A stretch of DNA of 64,000 bases from Desulfatiglandales bacterium (GCA_963662465.1 OY759599.1:1728001-1792000); one strand, 5' to 3'. Shown: positions 9,725-20,425, counted from the stretch's first letter. Notes: generated from the sequence alone by a model not told the origin. Translations and numbers: made by a program.

Positions 9725-11305
9725 TCAAGGTAACGCCTCGTAATCCTCCTTTTGAAAAGAATTGCTTGTTTCCCATTCAAAGCCAACGATATTGCGCTCG
9801 CTGCGGTCAAACTCCACGCCGACGAGGTAGATTTCCAAATTTTGTCCCCGGTATTTGTCCGCATAATCTTTTTTGCGGATTTGTTCCAGGGCGGTGCCGG
9901 GGGTCTTGTCGATGTCCGTAACCTTGAATTCAAAGATGAAGACCCGGTTTTCAAGGCGCACAGTCATGTCAATGCGGCCGTGATTTGTTGTGTCTTCAGC
10001 CGTGACATCAAGTCCCAGAGCCGTAAAGTAACAGTAGAAAACAGAGGCGTAATATCCTTCGTATGCAGCCAGTTTGTTTTTGCGATACCAGTCATGGGGA
10101 ATGGCGGAAAACAGGGCGTGAAAGACCTTCCGAATATCATCGATCCGGGCAGCGGACAGGGCCTGATACAGATCAATTTTACATTTTTCATAAACATCCC
10201 GCTGAGAAACCAGATAGGCGGAAAGGCTATCCGCAAAACTCATGCGCACTTCCAGATTGGGATAATCAAGCCGGTAAGCGGTCAGGTTTCCAAACTGCTG
10301 CCGGTCTTGAATGGTCAGATAGCCGGTCTGGAACATTATGGTTTCGACTTCGATGCTGTCCAAATCAAAGCTGCCCAGCAGACGTTCCGTGGCCACGGTG
10401 TTTTGCAGGCCGGGAGCCAGATACTTGCGCGTAAGAAAAAGCTTGAGCAGAAATTCCGGGGTGCCGCTTTCAAACCAGTAGTTGCGGAATTCCCCCGATC
10501 GCAGATAATTGAGGACACTAAAGGGGTTGTAAACCTTTTCGGCAAGCCAGGAATACCCATTGTACCATTTGCGGATTTCCGCTACGGGTTTGTCTTTGAG
10601 ATGTTCGGCAAACACCTCGGTCATCTCGGCTTCGGTATAACCGCAGATGGTGGCGTAATGCACATCAAGGGTGATATCGGTCAGGTTGTTGAGCCCGGAA
10701 AACAGGCTGACTTTGGAGAACTTGGAGACCCCGGTGAGAAAAGCGAACCGGATATGGGCGTCGCTGTCTTTGATGACGGAATAAAGATTTTTCAACCCTT
10801 CCCGGATTTCAACAGCCCTGTCCGGGTCCGTGATATTGTCCAGAATCGGCTTGTCGTATTCATCCACCAGGACAACGGCTCGCAGGCCGTATTTGTCGGC
10901 GCTGTTTCGGATCAGTTCGCCGAAACAGCCGGGGATATCTCCGGGGTCCCGGCAGGTGATGCCCAGGGTTTTCTGATTTCGGTACAGAAGATCCACAATG
11001 CGCCGATCCAGTTCCTCCCGGTTGCGGACCACGCCGCCGGCAAAGGAAATATGAATCACGGGATATTTTTTTCCCCAGTCCCAGTGATCGTGAAGCCACA
11101 GCCCCCGGAACAGGTCCTGGTTGCCTTCAAAGGCTTCCTTCAGGGTGTCAATGAACAGGGATTTGCCGAACCGGCGGGGCCGGGAGAGAAAATAGTAGAC
11201 GCCGCTTTCAACAAGCTGATGGACCATGGGTGACTTATCCACATACGCATATCCGTCGTTAATGATCTTACTGAGGGTGCTGACCCCGATCGGTAGCTTT
11301 TTCAT
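9725..11305 (-). CDS. AAA-ATPase-like domain fused to PD-(D/E)xK nuclease (AAA-ATPase_like + PDDEXK_9 architecture)
   Basis: MKKLPIG, YVDKS, RPRRFGKSL, VDEYDKP, WYNGY, YNPFS, YWFESGTP, GRID...FIFEFK. Confidence 0.9.
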   Translation of the reverse strand: MKKLPIGVSTLSKIINDGYAYVDKSPMVHQLVESGVYYFLSRPRRFGKSLFIDTLKEAFEGNQDLFRGLWLHDHWDWGKKYPVIHISFAGGVVRNREELDRRIVDLLYRNQKTLGITCRDPGDIPGCFGELIRNSADKYGLRAVVLVDEYDKPILDNITDPDRAVEIREGLKNLYSVIKDSDAHIRFAFLTGVSKFSKVSLFSGLNNLTDITLDVHYATICGYTEAEMTEVFAEHLKDKPVAEIRKWYNGYSWLAEKVYNPFSVLNYLRSGEFRNYWFESGTPEFLLKLFLTRKYLAPGLQNTVATERLLGSFDLDSIEVETIMFQTGYLTIQDRQQFGNLTAYRLDYPNLEVRMSFADSLSAYLVSQRDVYEKCKIDLYQALSAARIDDIRKVFHALFSAIPHDWYRKNKLAAYEGYYASVFYCYFTALGLDVTAEDTTNHGRIDMTVRLENRVFIFEFKVTDIDKTPGTALEQIRKKDYADKYRGQNLEIYLVGVEFDRSERNIVGFEWETSNSFQKEDYEALP

Positions 11306-11566
11306 CGCGTAGACTCCATCGCCTTAGAAAAGTTGAATGCAGATTTTACGTTTCAATGTTATCCGAGCAGGGTTTCCAAGTCAACGCACAACCATCACGA
11401 TCAGCAGTTCTCATTAGGCTAGTAAATCCGACGGGTAGGTGTTTCATGTTTCCTCCTTATAAAACGGATGTTTTCAACGGCCGGCTCATCGCAGGAATCA
11501 GCCTGGCAATCTTGAAAACTCGAATCGCCCGAATAAAACGAATAAATCGCAGCATGGTGGAAGGGT

Positions 11567-11880
11567 TTATATCAGGCCATGGGCTGCGGCGTAGCGCACC
11601 AGATCGGCGGTGGTGTGAATGTTGAGCTTTTGCATGATATGGGTGCGGTGAGTGTCTACGGTCTTGATGCTGATGTGCAGGATTTTGGCAATTTTTTTGT
11701 TACTGAAGCCCAATGAAATACTTTTCAGAACTTCCAGTTCCCGCGGCGTCAATCGGGATTTGTTTTCGTTGCCTGTTGCGCCACCCGCGGACAACCGGGA
11801 TGTAACCGCCGGGCTCACATAGGTTTCCCCTTTTCCCACAGTCTTCAGGGCTGTCATCAATTTGCGATCCGACGCTCCCC
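11567..11880 (-). pseudogene. C-terminal part of a NarL/LuxR-family response regulator, 5'-truncated at the promoter cassette
   Basis: LTPRELEVLKSISLGFSNKKIAKILHISIKTVDTHRTHIMQKL HTH plus only the end of a receiver domain. The ORF start at 11914 lies inside the palindrome. Confidence 0.8.
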
Positions 11881-11888
11881 AAAGCTTA

Positions 11889-12034
11889 CCCTCGATATAT
11901 GGAGGTTCCACCAAATATTGAGGGTAAACGATCCTTCCAAACTTTTCCGCTGTTCCATCCTTTTAACCTAATTTATTGTTATTAATGGATAAATCCATCC
12001 TTCCGCTTTCTTCCACTGTTGGCAGGAGATTTGC
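11889..12034 (+). promoter_or_regulatory. Sigma54 promoter cassette (copy 3), upstream of the DGC/HK/HD-GYP operon
   Basis: Palindrome pair 11889-11924. TAATTTATTGTTA box. TGGCAGGAGATTTGC at 12020-12034. ATG at 12048. Confidence 0.85.
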
Positions 12035-12071
12035 ATTGCATATTTGCATGAGTTTGATCATCATACGAATA

Positions 12072-12161
12072 CACTGAATATCCCTACCGAAATACCGGTG
12101 CTATGAGCTGTATAAGCAGCTGCGGCCTGTCAAACATTACTATTTGGGGAATTCAGAATCT
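12072..12161 (+). pseudogene. Remnant of gpmA 3' region
   Basis: Closely similar to ~21590-21682 (CTGAATAT..CTACCG..AAACATTACTATTTGGGGAATTCAGAATCT). Confidence 0.85.
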
Positions 12162-12254
12162 CTGATAGCGCACTGCGACGGTGTTGCGATCCCACTGGAA
12201 AACACCCGAATCCTGTGGCAGCGATGATCCGATTGACAAGAAAGGAGATAGGTA

Positions 12255-13655
12255 ATGACCAGGGAAAAGAGCCTGAAACAATCCCGGGAATTCGCTGAGA
12301 GCATCATCAACACCGTGCGTGAACCCTTAATCGTTCTGGATCAGGACCTCAGGGTGGTCACCGTCAGCCGTTCCTTCTACGGGGTCTTCAAGGTAAAGCC
12401 CGAAGAGACCGTGGGGCAACTTATCTATGACCTCGGCAACAAACAGTGGAATATCCCCAGGCTGCGGGAATTACTGGAAACCATCCTGCCCGAAAAGACC
12501 AGCTTTGACAACTATGAGGTTGAACACGATTTTGCCATTATCGGCAGGCGCACAATGCTGTTGAATGCCCGCCAGATTGAACAAGCGTGGGGCAAAGAGC
12601 GGATCATCCTGCTGGCCATCGAGGACGTTACCGAACGTAAGAAGATAGAAGCCGGCCTGGAAAAGACCCGAAAAGAACTGGCGGTCATAAAAAAAACCGC
12701 GGATGAAGCCAGTGAATTCGCTGAGAGCGTCATCAACACCGTACGCGAACCCTTAATTTCCCTGGACCAGGACCTCAGGGTAGTCACCGTCAGCCGTTCC
12801 TTCTATGAATTCTTTAAGGTAAAACCTGAAGAGACCATAGGGCAGCTTATCTATGACCTGGGAAACAAACAGTGGGATATCCCCAGGCTGCGGGAATTAC
12901 TGGAAACCATCCTGCCCGAAAAGACCAGCTTTGATAACTATGAGGTTAAACACGATTTTGCCACCATCGGCAGGCGCGTCATGCTGTTGAATGCCCGGCA
13001 GATTCAAAGAGTATCGGGAAAGGAACGGATCATCCTTCTGGCTATTGAAGACATTACTGAACGTAAGCATTCAGAGGAAAAGATCCAGCAGATGGCCCTC
13101 CATGATTCCCTGACGGGTCTTCCCAACCGGAAGCTTTTCTCCGATCGCTTGGGCATTGACCTGGCCCAGGCCCAGCGGAATCAAAGAAAAATAGGAATCA
13201 TGATGCTTGACCTCGATAATTTCAAGGACGTTAATGACACCCTTGGCCACGATGTTGGGGATATCCTTCTCAAAGCAACAGCAGAGCGGCTAAGTGCAGC
13301 GCTGAGGAAGGGTGATACCGTTGCGCGCTTTGGCGGCGACGAGTTTGTGCTGATCGTTCATGACATGGAAGCAATAGAATCTGCGACCCAGTTTGCACAG
13401 AGGATCGTTGACAGGTTTCGTAAGCCCTTTTTTATTGACACCCATCAACTTGTTGTGACAACGAGTATCGGCATCGCTGTCTATCCCAATGATGGAATAG
13501 ATGAAGGTATCCTCCTGAAAAATGCAGATATCGCCATGTATCAAGCCAAGCAAGCAGGGCGGTCCCGATACCAGCTCTGTAAAAAGCCTGTAGATGCTAT
13601 ATCAATTGCATCTACCTATTCAAATGCGAAAGAAATCGGCCAATTTATTAAGTGA
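12255..13655 (+). CDS. PAS-PAS-GGDEF diguanylate cyclase
   Basis: Two near-identical PAS domains. Motifs HDSLTGLPNR, DLDNFKDVNDTLGHDVGD, RFGGDEF, ADIAMYQAK. Confidence 0.92.
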   Translation: MTREKSLKQSREFAESIINTVREPLIVLDQDLRVVTVSRSFYGVFKVKPEETVGQLIYDLGNKQWNIPRLRELLETILPEKTSFDNYEVEHDFAIIGRRTMLLNARQIEQAWGKERIILLAIEDVTERKKIEAGLEKTRKELAVIKKTADEASEFAESVINTVREPLISLDQDLRVVTVSRSFYEFFKVKPEETIGQLIYDLGNKQWDIPRLRELLETILPEKTSFDNYEVKHDFATIGRRVMLLNARQIQRVSGKERIILLAIEDITERKHSEEKIQQMALHDSLTGLPNRKLFSDRLGIDLAQAQRNQRKIGIMMLDLDNFKDVNDTLGHDVGDILLKATAERLSAALRKGDTVARFGGDEFVLIVHDMEAIESATQFAQRIVDRFRKPFFIDTHQLVVTTSIGIAVYPNDGIDEGILLKNADIAMYQAKQAGRSRYQLCKKPVDAISIASTYSNAKEIGQFIK

Positions 13656-14456
13656 GTTTCTAATCCGTTCTGAAATCAAGTTCAATGGGGGGGTAGACGA
13701 TGAAAGACAAATTGGTAATCTTAGTAATCGATGATCAGCCCGAAAACACAGAACTTCTCGAAGCACATCTTGTCCCGCAGGGCTATGAAGTTGTCAAGGC
13801 GGCAAGCGGTGAAGAAGCGCTGAAAATACTTTCCGGTAATCAAATCGATCTGGTTCTGCTGGACATAATGATGCCCCGCATGTCCGGCTTCGAAGTGCTG
13901 GAGAAAATACGCGCCGATAAAAAGACACGGCTTATTCCGGTAGTGATGGTCACGGCGCTTAAAGAGACCGAAGACAGAATAAAGGCCCTTGAGGCAGGAT
14001 GTGATGATTTTATCTCCAAGCCTTTTGACAGGCATGCGCTTTTGGTCAGGGTAAAGTCGCTTCTAAGAATAAAATCTCTGCATGACGAAGTAGAAGAAGC
14101 CCGCAAATACGCTGAGAACATCATCAACACCGTGCGTGAACCCTTAATCGCTCTGGATCAGGATCTAAGGGTGGTCACCGTCAACCGCTCCTTCTATGAA
14201 TTTTTCAAGGTAACACCTGAAGAAACCGTAGGGCAGCTTATTTATGACCTGGGCAACAAACAGTGGGATATTCCCAAGCTGCGGGAATTGCTGGAAACCA
14301 TCCTTCCTGAAAAGACCAGCTTTGACAACTATGAGGTTGAACACGATTTTGCCACCATCGGCAGGCGCGTCATGCTGTTGAATGCCCGCCGGATTGAACA
14401 AGCGATGGGCAAGAAACGGATCATCCTGCTGGCCATCGAGGACATCACCGAGCGTA
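12288..14456 (+). repeat. Three near-identical ~350-bp PAS-coding units (~12288-12641, ~12714-13067, ~14110-14456)
   Basis: All encode AESIINTVREPL..LDQDLRVVTV..SFY..FKV.PEET.GQLIYDLGNKQW.IP.LRELLETILPEKTSFDNYEV.HDFA.IGRR.MLLNAR, with high DNA identity. Confidence 0.9.
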
Positions 14457-16348
14457 GTCATCTTGAAGACCTGTTGACAGAGTCTGAAGAGCGCTACAGG
14501 CGCATTTTTGAGACCGCCACCGACGGAATCGTGCTTTTAGAAAAGCGCGAAGGACATATCGTCCGTGCGAATCCGGCCGCCGAGACAATGTTGGGTTATT
14601 CCGAAGCGGAATACATCGGAAAAATGCTGGAGGATATCGGTGTCCCAATCGATATGAATGATTTTCCAATGATAATGGAATCTTTGAACAAGAACGGCAT
14701 TCTTAATTACGAGGATGTTCCGATAAAATCCAAGTCCGGACAGGATTCCCACGCGGACGTATATATGGTCGACAGAGCAAACCTGGCCCAATGTAATATT
14801 CGCGATGTCAGTGAAAGGAAACTGGCCGAGAAAATACTTGCTGAAGAGAAAAAGTTCATTGACAATGCCCTCAATACACTGCAAGACGCGTTCTTTGTTT
14901 TAGATTTAGAGGGAAGATTCCTCAGGTGGAATAAGACATTGACTGCTGTCACCGGCTACACCGACAGGGAAATTTCTTTGAAGAAGGCTACTGATTTATT
15001 CCAGGCGGATGAAAAAGAGCGAGTATCCGGAAGCATTCTGAAAGTGATTGAAGAAGGAAGCGACCATGTTGAAGCAATAATGGTTACCAAAGACGGGAGG
15101 GAAATTCCCTATGCATTCAACGCAGCGATATTGAGTGATGCTCAAAACCAACCCGTAGGCATAAGTGGTGTTGGCAGAGACATCTCCGAGCATCAAAGGC
15201 TTGAAGCCCAACTCCGTCACGCCCAGAAGATGGAGGCAGTCGGCACGCTGGCAGGGGGGATTGCCCACGATTTCAATAATATCCTCAATGTGATCATGGG
15301 CTATGGCGCCATTGTCGAGGACACGCTGGAACCCGGCAGTCCTGTTAGGGAAGATATGAAGGAGGTACTCATTGCCGCCGACAGGGCCGCGGATCTTACC
15401 CGAAGGCTGCTTGTCTTCAGCAGAAAAGATGTTGTTAATATTATGCCCATTGACATCAATGAAATTATTCTTGGCTTGAAGAAGATGCTTGAACGCATTA
15501 TCAGTGAGAGTATTGAGTTTGATATTGAGCTTAGCGACATGCCTTTGACAGTGCTGGCTGATGCGGGGCAGATAGAGCAGGTCCTGATAAATCTGGCTGT
15601 AAATTCCAAAGACGCAATGCAGGAAGGCGGTCGGTTGACGATCAGCACGGGCCTTCAAGAATTGAATGATGAATATGTTGCGGCGTATGGATATGGCAAA
15701 CCAGGGACATATGCACTGATCACGGTTGCCGATACAGGTCAGGGAATGGATGCGGAGACACAGAAGAAGATATTCGACCCTTTTTTTACCACAAAAGAGA
15801 TTGGAAAAGGAACAGGGCTTGGCCTTTCAATTTCTTACGGAATCATAAAACAGCATGGCGGATACACAAATGTTTACAGCGAACCGGGACAAGGCACGGT
15901 ATTCAAGATATACCTGCCGCTCAATGAAGACGCGGCATCCCTGGAGAAGGAAAAGGAGGCCGCCGCTTCTGTCAAGCACGGAAATGAGACTGTCCTTGTG
16001 GTCGAAGACGACGCTTCCGTAAGGAAATTGGCGACCATAGTGCTGGAGTCTTTCGGATACAGTGTTATCGCCGCTGTAGACGGCGAAGATGCCATCGCAA
16101 AATTCATGGAAAACAGGGAACGGATCAGCATCGTCCTGCTTGATATGATCATGCCGAAGAAAAGCGGGGAAGAAGTCGGTGAGGCAATCAGAAAAGTAAG
16201 CCCGGGGGTAAAAATACTCTTTGCGAGTGGATATACCATGGATATGATCAAAGGCAAAGAATTGATGGAGGCCGGTTCTGACTTTATCCAAAAGCCTTTC
16301 ACGCCGAAAGCTCTTCTGATAAAGGTGAGGGAGGTTCTGGACAGATGA
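13700..16348 (+). CDS. Hybrid sensor histidine kinase (REC-PAS-PAS-PAS-HisKA-HATPase-REC)
   Basis: N-terminal receiver (LLDIMMP), AGGIAHDFNN H-box, GKGTGLGLS G2 box, C-terminal receiver. Confidence 0.92.
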   Translation: MKDKLVILVIDDQPENTELLEAHLVPQGYEVVKAASGEEALKILSGNQIDLVLLDIMMPRMSGFEVLEKIRADKKTRLIPVVMVTALKETEDRIKALEAGCDDFISKPFDRHALLVRVKSLLRIKSLHDEVEEARKYAENIINTVREPLIALDQDLRVVTVNRSFYEFFKVTPEETVGQLIYDLGNKQWDIPKLRELLETILPEKTSFDNYEVEHDFATIGRRVMLLNARRIEQAMGKKRIILLAIEDITERSHLEDLLTESEERYRRIFETATDGIVLLEKREGHIVRANPAAETMLGYSEAEYIGKMLEDIGVPIDMNDFPMIMESLNKNGILNYEDVPIKSKSGQDSHADVYMVDRANLAQCNIRDVSERKLAEKILAEEKKFIDNALNTLQDAFFVLDLEGRFLRWNKTLTAVTGYTDREISLKKATDLFQADEKERVSGSILKVIEEGSDHVEAIMVTKDGREIPYAFNAAILSDAQNQPVGISGVGRDISEHQRLEAQLRHAQKMEAVGTLAGGIAHDFNNILNVIMGYGAIVEDTLEPGSPVREDMKEVLIAADRAADLTRRLLVFSRKDVVNIMPIDINEIILGLKKMLERIISESIEFDIELSDMPLTVLADAGQIEQVLINLAVNSKDAMQEGGRLTISTGLQELNDEYVAAYGYGKPGTYALITVADTGQGMDAETQKKIFDPFFTTKEIGKGTGLGLSISYGIIKQHGGYTNVYSEPGQGTVFKIYLPLNEDAASLEKEKEAAASVKHGNETVLVVEDDASVRKLATIVLESFGYSVIAAVDGEDAIAKFMENRERISIVLLDMIMPKKSGEEVGEAIRKVSPGVKILFASGYTMDMIKGKELMEAGSDFIQKPFTPKALLIKVREVLDR

Positions 16349-17997
16349 AAGGAAATACTCTACCCAACACCAACGAGCAACTCCAGAGAGAGCTTGCCGA
16401 GAGCAAGAAGCTGGAACAGGAACTGTTGGACCTTTCCTCTCGCCAGGAAGCCATACTGGCCGCTGTGCCGGAGTTGATCATGGAGGTGGACAACCACAAT
16501 ATCTATACCTGGGCGAATCAGGCCGGCTTTGCCTTCTTCGGCGATGATGTGATCGGCAAGGAAGCCGCCTTTTACTTTATGGGCGAACAGGTTTCCGACA
16601 CAGCGGTTCAGCCTCAGTTCGATGGCCACCAAGACCTGATCTGTGTCCAGAGTTGGCAGCGGCGCAAGGATGGGGAAAAGCGCCTGCTCGCCTGGCAGTG
16701 CCGGGTGCTTAAGGATAAAAGCGGAAACGTCACTGGCGCTCTGTCTTTTGCGCGTGACATTACCGAGCAGAATCAAGCGGCGGAGGAGCGTAAAGAAATG
16801 ATCCTGTGGCAGGAGGGTATCAGCCTGCTCCAGCAGTCGCTTCTCACGCCGGCTTCGCTTGAAGACAAACTCAGGCTTATCACCGACTACATTGTCCGGT
16901 TCTTCGGGGCCGATTTCTGTCGAATTTGGCTGATTCGGGCAGGCGACTTATGTGAACGCGGCTGCGTCCACGCCGGAGTGCAGGAAGGGCCGCATGTCTG
17001 CCATTACCGCGACCGATGTCTGCACTTGCTGGCGAGTTCCGGCCGCTATACCCACATAGACGGAAAGGTCCACTGTCGGGTCCCGTATGGCGCCTACAAA
17101 ATCGGGCGCATCGCGTCGGACGAAGATCACAAGTTCTTGACCAACGATGTGACGAACGATCCTCGCGTTCATCACCACGAATGGGCACGCGAGCTGGAGC
17201 TGGTCTCCTTCGCGGGATATCAGCTCCGAATTCCCGGCGCAGAGACACTGGGGGTTCTCGCTCTCTTTAGCAAGCACCCCATACTCCCTGCTGAAGACGC
17301 CCTGCTGGATGCAGTGAGCAGCACCCTCGCTCTAACCATTCAACAAGCCCAAGGGGAGGAGGCGTTGCGGAAGAGCGAGTTTTTTATGAATAAGCTGCTG
17401 GAAACCATCCCGATCCCGGTTTTCTATAAGGACAGGGAAGGGCGATATCTGGGGTTCAACAAGACGTTCGAGACCTTTTTCGGGAAAAGCAAGGAAGAAC
17501 TGATTGGCAAAAGTGTGTTTGATTTCAACCCTACCGAACTTGCGGAAACCTATCATGCCCAGGACTGCAAGCTATTCGAGAACCCAGCTGTTCAGGTATA
17601 TGATTCACAGGTACTGGACGCGCACGGCGCCATGCACGACGTGATATTTCACAAGGCCTCGCTCACCGACACACAAGGCGCAATCACCGGTCTGGTTGGA
17701 GCGATCCTTGATGTTACCAAGCGCAAGCATGCTGAAGAGGAATTACAACGATATTCCGCTGAACTCGAAAAGAAAAACAAGGAGCTTCTCGATGCTCTTG
17801 CGAATGTGAAGCAATTAACCGGCATGTTGCCCATATGCGCGTCATGTAAAAAGATCAGGGACGACAAAGGATACTGGAGTGCCGTTGAATCTTACATAGG
17901 CAAGCATTCAGAAGCTGTGTTCAGTCATGGCCTCTGCCCGGAGTGTGAAAAAAAGGCGTATGAGGATTTGGAGAAATTACTCAAGAAAGACAATTGA
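16345..17997 (+). CDS. PAS-GAF-PAS sensor with C-terminal Cys/His (putative Zn) tail and no catalytic output domain
   Basis: Ends [17 protein letters not shown]...FSHGLCPEC. The GAF region is Cys-rich. Confidence 0.85.
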   Translation: MKGNTLPNTNEQLQRELAESKKLEQELLDLSSRQEAILAAVPELIMEVDNHNIYTWANQAGFAFFGDDVIGKEAAFYFMGEQVSDTAVQPQFDGHQDLICVQSWQRRKDGEKRLLAWQCRVLKDKSGNVTGALSFARDITEQNQAAEERKEMILWQEGISLLQQSLLTPASLEDKLRLITDYIVRFFGADFCRIWLIRAGDLCERGCVHAGVQEGPHVCHYRDRCLHLLASSGRYTHIDGKVHCRVPYGAYKIGRIASDEDHKFLTNDVTNDPRVHHHEWARELELVSFAGYQLRIPGAETLGVLALFSKHPILPAEDALLDAVSSTLALTIQQAQGEEALRKSEFFMNKLLETIPIPVFYKDREGRYLGFNKTFETFFGKSKEELIGKSVFDFNPTELAETYHAQDCKLFENPAVQVYDSQVLDAHGAMHDVIFHKASLTDTQGAITGLVGAILDVTKRKHAEEELQRYSAELEKKNKELLDALANVKQLTGMLPICASCKKIRDDKGYWSAVESYIGKHSEAVFSHGLCPECEKKAYEDLEKLLKKDN

Positions 17998-18034
17998 AAT
18001 GCATATTCAGGAGAAGGGGTCAAGGGAATCTCAA

Positions 18035-19081
18035 ATGCCGGATGAAAAAATATTGCTTGTGGACGATGAGGATAGCAACCTCAGGCTGTTTACTAAGTGG
18101 CTCATTCCATTAGGCTATGACGTTGAACTTGCCTCAAACGGGGAGGAGGCGGTGCGGAAGGTCAGGGAGAGCAAGCCCGACCTGATCATACTTGATATCA
18201 TGATGCCGGTCATGGATGGCTTCGAGGCATGCAAAATATTAAAAGAAGACCCGAAGACAAAGAATATACCGATCATTATGGTGACGGCGCTTCACGAAAG
18301 GAAATCAAAATTAAAAGGGCTCTCAGTTTCCGCAAATGATTTTCTTTCCAAACCCATCGATCAGACCGAATTAACCATCCGTGTCAAAAACCTTCTTAAG
18401 ATCAAGGCCTTCGACGACTTTATGCTCAGGCATAATGAGATACTTGAAAAGCAGGTGCGGGAAAAAACCCGGGACATTAAAAATATGAGCAACGAGATGG
18501 TGCAGAAACTGACGGCAGCCGCGGAATTTCGTGATACGGACACAGGCGCTCATATAGCGAGGATAGGGTTTTATGCCAACAAGATCGCAGCTGCGCTGAA
18601 TATGCCGATAGACTTCATTGAGACGATAACCTTTTCGAGCCAGCTGCATGACATCGGCAAGATCGGGATTCCGGACAGCATCCTCTTAAAGCCGGGTCCT
18701 CTTACCCGTGATGAATATGAGATCATGAAAACTCATGCCGCCATGGGCGGGAAGATCCTCTCGGGATCAACCCATCCCGGTATTCGGATGGCCGCCTCCA
18801 TTGCCTTACATCATCACGAACGGTGGGACGGCGGGGGGTATCCAAGAGGGCTGAAAGGAGAAGAAACGCCGATTGAGGGCAGGATAGTCATCCTTGTCGA
18901 CCAATATGACGCACTCCGGAGTCATAGGCCCTACAAACCTGCTTTTGACCATCAACAGACGTTCAAGATTATCACCGAGGGTGATGGAAGAACCATGCCG
19001 GAACATTTTGACACGGCGGTCCTCAAGACCTTCAAGGAAATCGCACCCCTATTTGAAGAGATATTTGATCAGCATCAATAG
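18035..19081 (+). CDS. Response regulator with HD-GYP phosphodiesterase domain (RpfG-like)
   Basis: Receiver domain, [25 protein letters not shown]. Confidence 0.92.
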   Translation: MPDEKILLVDDEDSNLRLFTKWLIPLGYDVELASNGEEAVRKVRESKPDLIILDIMMPVMDGFEACKILKEDPKTKNIPIIMVTALHERKSKLKGLSVSANDFLSKPIDQTELTIRVKNLLKIKAFDDFMLRHNEILEKQVREKTRDIKNMSNEMVQKLTAAAEFRDTDTGAHIARIGFYANKIAAALNMPIDFIETITFSSQLHDIGKIGIPDSILLKPGPLTRDEYEIMKTHAAMGGKILSGSTHPGIRMAASIALHHHERWDGGGYPRGLKGEETPIEGRIVILVDQYDALRSHRPYKPAFDHQQTFKIITEGDGRTMPEHFDTAVLKTFKEIAPLFEEIFDQHQ

Positions 19082-19234
19082 GGATGAGATATGGAAAAAA
19101 CGGCGTTTTATTCGGGAGAAACCCGAAATCCCGCCTCTTATGCGGATCAATCTAATCATTATTCGTCACGAATGGCCCATCGTAAGTATCGCGTGGACAT
19201 GGGGCCATTTTTGAGTTGTTCTGGAGGTTTGACG

Positions 19235-19855
19235 ATGCGACAAATATGGGTTATGGCCTGTTTATCGATAATACTTATCGCAGGTCAGACGAGTGCGGCT
19301 GACAGAGCACATAAGGCGGAAGCCGCTGAGAACAAAGCGGGGGTACTGGAGCAGAACTCCGCAGTAGAGGGGAGTAAGAGGCCCCCTTCTCGATCCGAGA
19401 TCATCACGAAGATTGAAGTGCAGGCAGTCGATCCGGTCGGTGAAGAGCCCCTGGACGATGCGATCACCTGTCTTTCACGCGCCATCTACTGGGAGGCCAA
19501 AAACGAGGGCGCTGCCGGCATGGAAGCAGTTGCCGGTGTTGTTATGAACCGGTTAGGCTATCAGGGCTTTCCAAACACGATTTGTGGCGTTGTCACACAA
19601 GGCAATGAGGTGGGTGCCTGTCAGTTCTCGTGGTGGTGCGATGGCCGTTCTGATGACGCAGAAGAGGATAAACACTACGCGATCGCCAAGGAAATAGCGA
19701 GAAAAGCTCTCAACCGGCAACTACCGGACCGGACTTGTGGAGCGATGTATTTCCACCAGCGGAAAGCTACCCCAGGTTGGTCAGCGCAATACATCAAGAC
19801 TGTGGAGATTGGCGAGCATATCTTCTACAAGCTTCACGATGACATAGCAAAATAA
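19235..19855 (+). CDS. Cell wall hydrolase (SleB/CwlJ, Hydrolase_2 family)
   Basis: RBS GGAGG, signal peptide, CLSRAIYWEA, AVAGVVMNR, FPNTICGVV, CQFSW, IGEHIFY. Confidence 0.88.
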   Translation: MRQIWVMACLSIILIAGQTSAADRAHKAEAAENKAGVLEQNSAVEGSKRPPSRSEIITKIEVQAVDPVGEEPLDDAITCLSRAIYWEAKNEGAAGMEAVAGVVMNRLGYQGFPNTICGVVTQGNEVGACQFSWWCDGRSDDAEEDKHYAIAKEIARKALNRQLPDRTCGAMYFHQRKATPGWSAQYIKTVEIGEHIFYKLHDDIAK

Positions 19856-19918
19856 GCACCTACTCATTCAGGCTTCATCCGATGACTCACTGGGATTAAG
19901 AGAAGCCACGTTCGTTCA

Positions 19919-20356
19919 TTACGGCGCCGTTTTAAACAACCTTTCATAGATGCTCCGTGCCTGCCTTAGGTTGCCGCTGCGCTCGTAACCTTCGCTGATC
20001 TCGATCAGGCCTTTCCGGGCCTGGACCGCTTCCAGGGTGTCGGGGTGGCAGTCAATCAATTCAAAGTACATTTCGGCCGCCTGGTGGGGGGCGTTGGTTG
20101 CCTGGTAGGCGTCGGCCATTTTCAGAAGGCGATTCAGTAGTCCGGAACCGGCTTCAACTACGGCGGCGGCTTCAACCACTGCGGCCGTTTCAATCACCGA
20201 AGCGGCTTCAACCACGGCGGCGGCTTTAGCCACAGCGGCCGTTTGAACCACCGAAGCGGCTTCAACCACGGCGGTATCAGCGGCGTGATTGACGGCCGCA
20301 ACAAGGGTGGCTTCGTCGGTATCTCTATGAACTTTTGTTCTTCGCTCCTGTTTCAT
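19919..20356 (-). CDS. Hypothetical protein with Ala/Val-rich hexapeptide repeats and TPR-like helical C-terminus
   Basis: RBS GGAGGG. AAVVEA-type 18-bp tandem repeats at ~20150-20275. Lies downstream of cassette copy 4. Confidence 0.65.
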   Translation of the reverse strand: MKQERRTKVHRDTDEATLVAAVNHAADTAVVEAASVVQTAAVAKAAAVVEAASVIETAAVVEAAAVVEAGSGLLNRLLKMADAYQATNAPHQAAEMYFELIDCHPDTLEAVQARKGLIEISEGYERSGNLRQARSIYERLFKTAP

Positions 20357-20425
20357 TTTTCCCTCCTGTGACAACAGATTATGGAACAGCTCATTGTTTT
20401 TATAGTAATCATGCAAATTGTATCT

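Noticed and set aside
9752..11233. 493-aa plus-strand ORF
   Set aside because: Antisense shadow of the AAA-PD-(D/E)xK gene, with no recognisable motifs.
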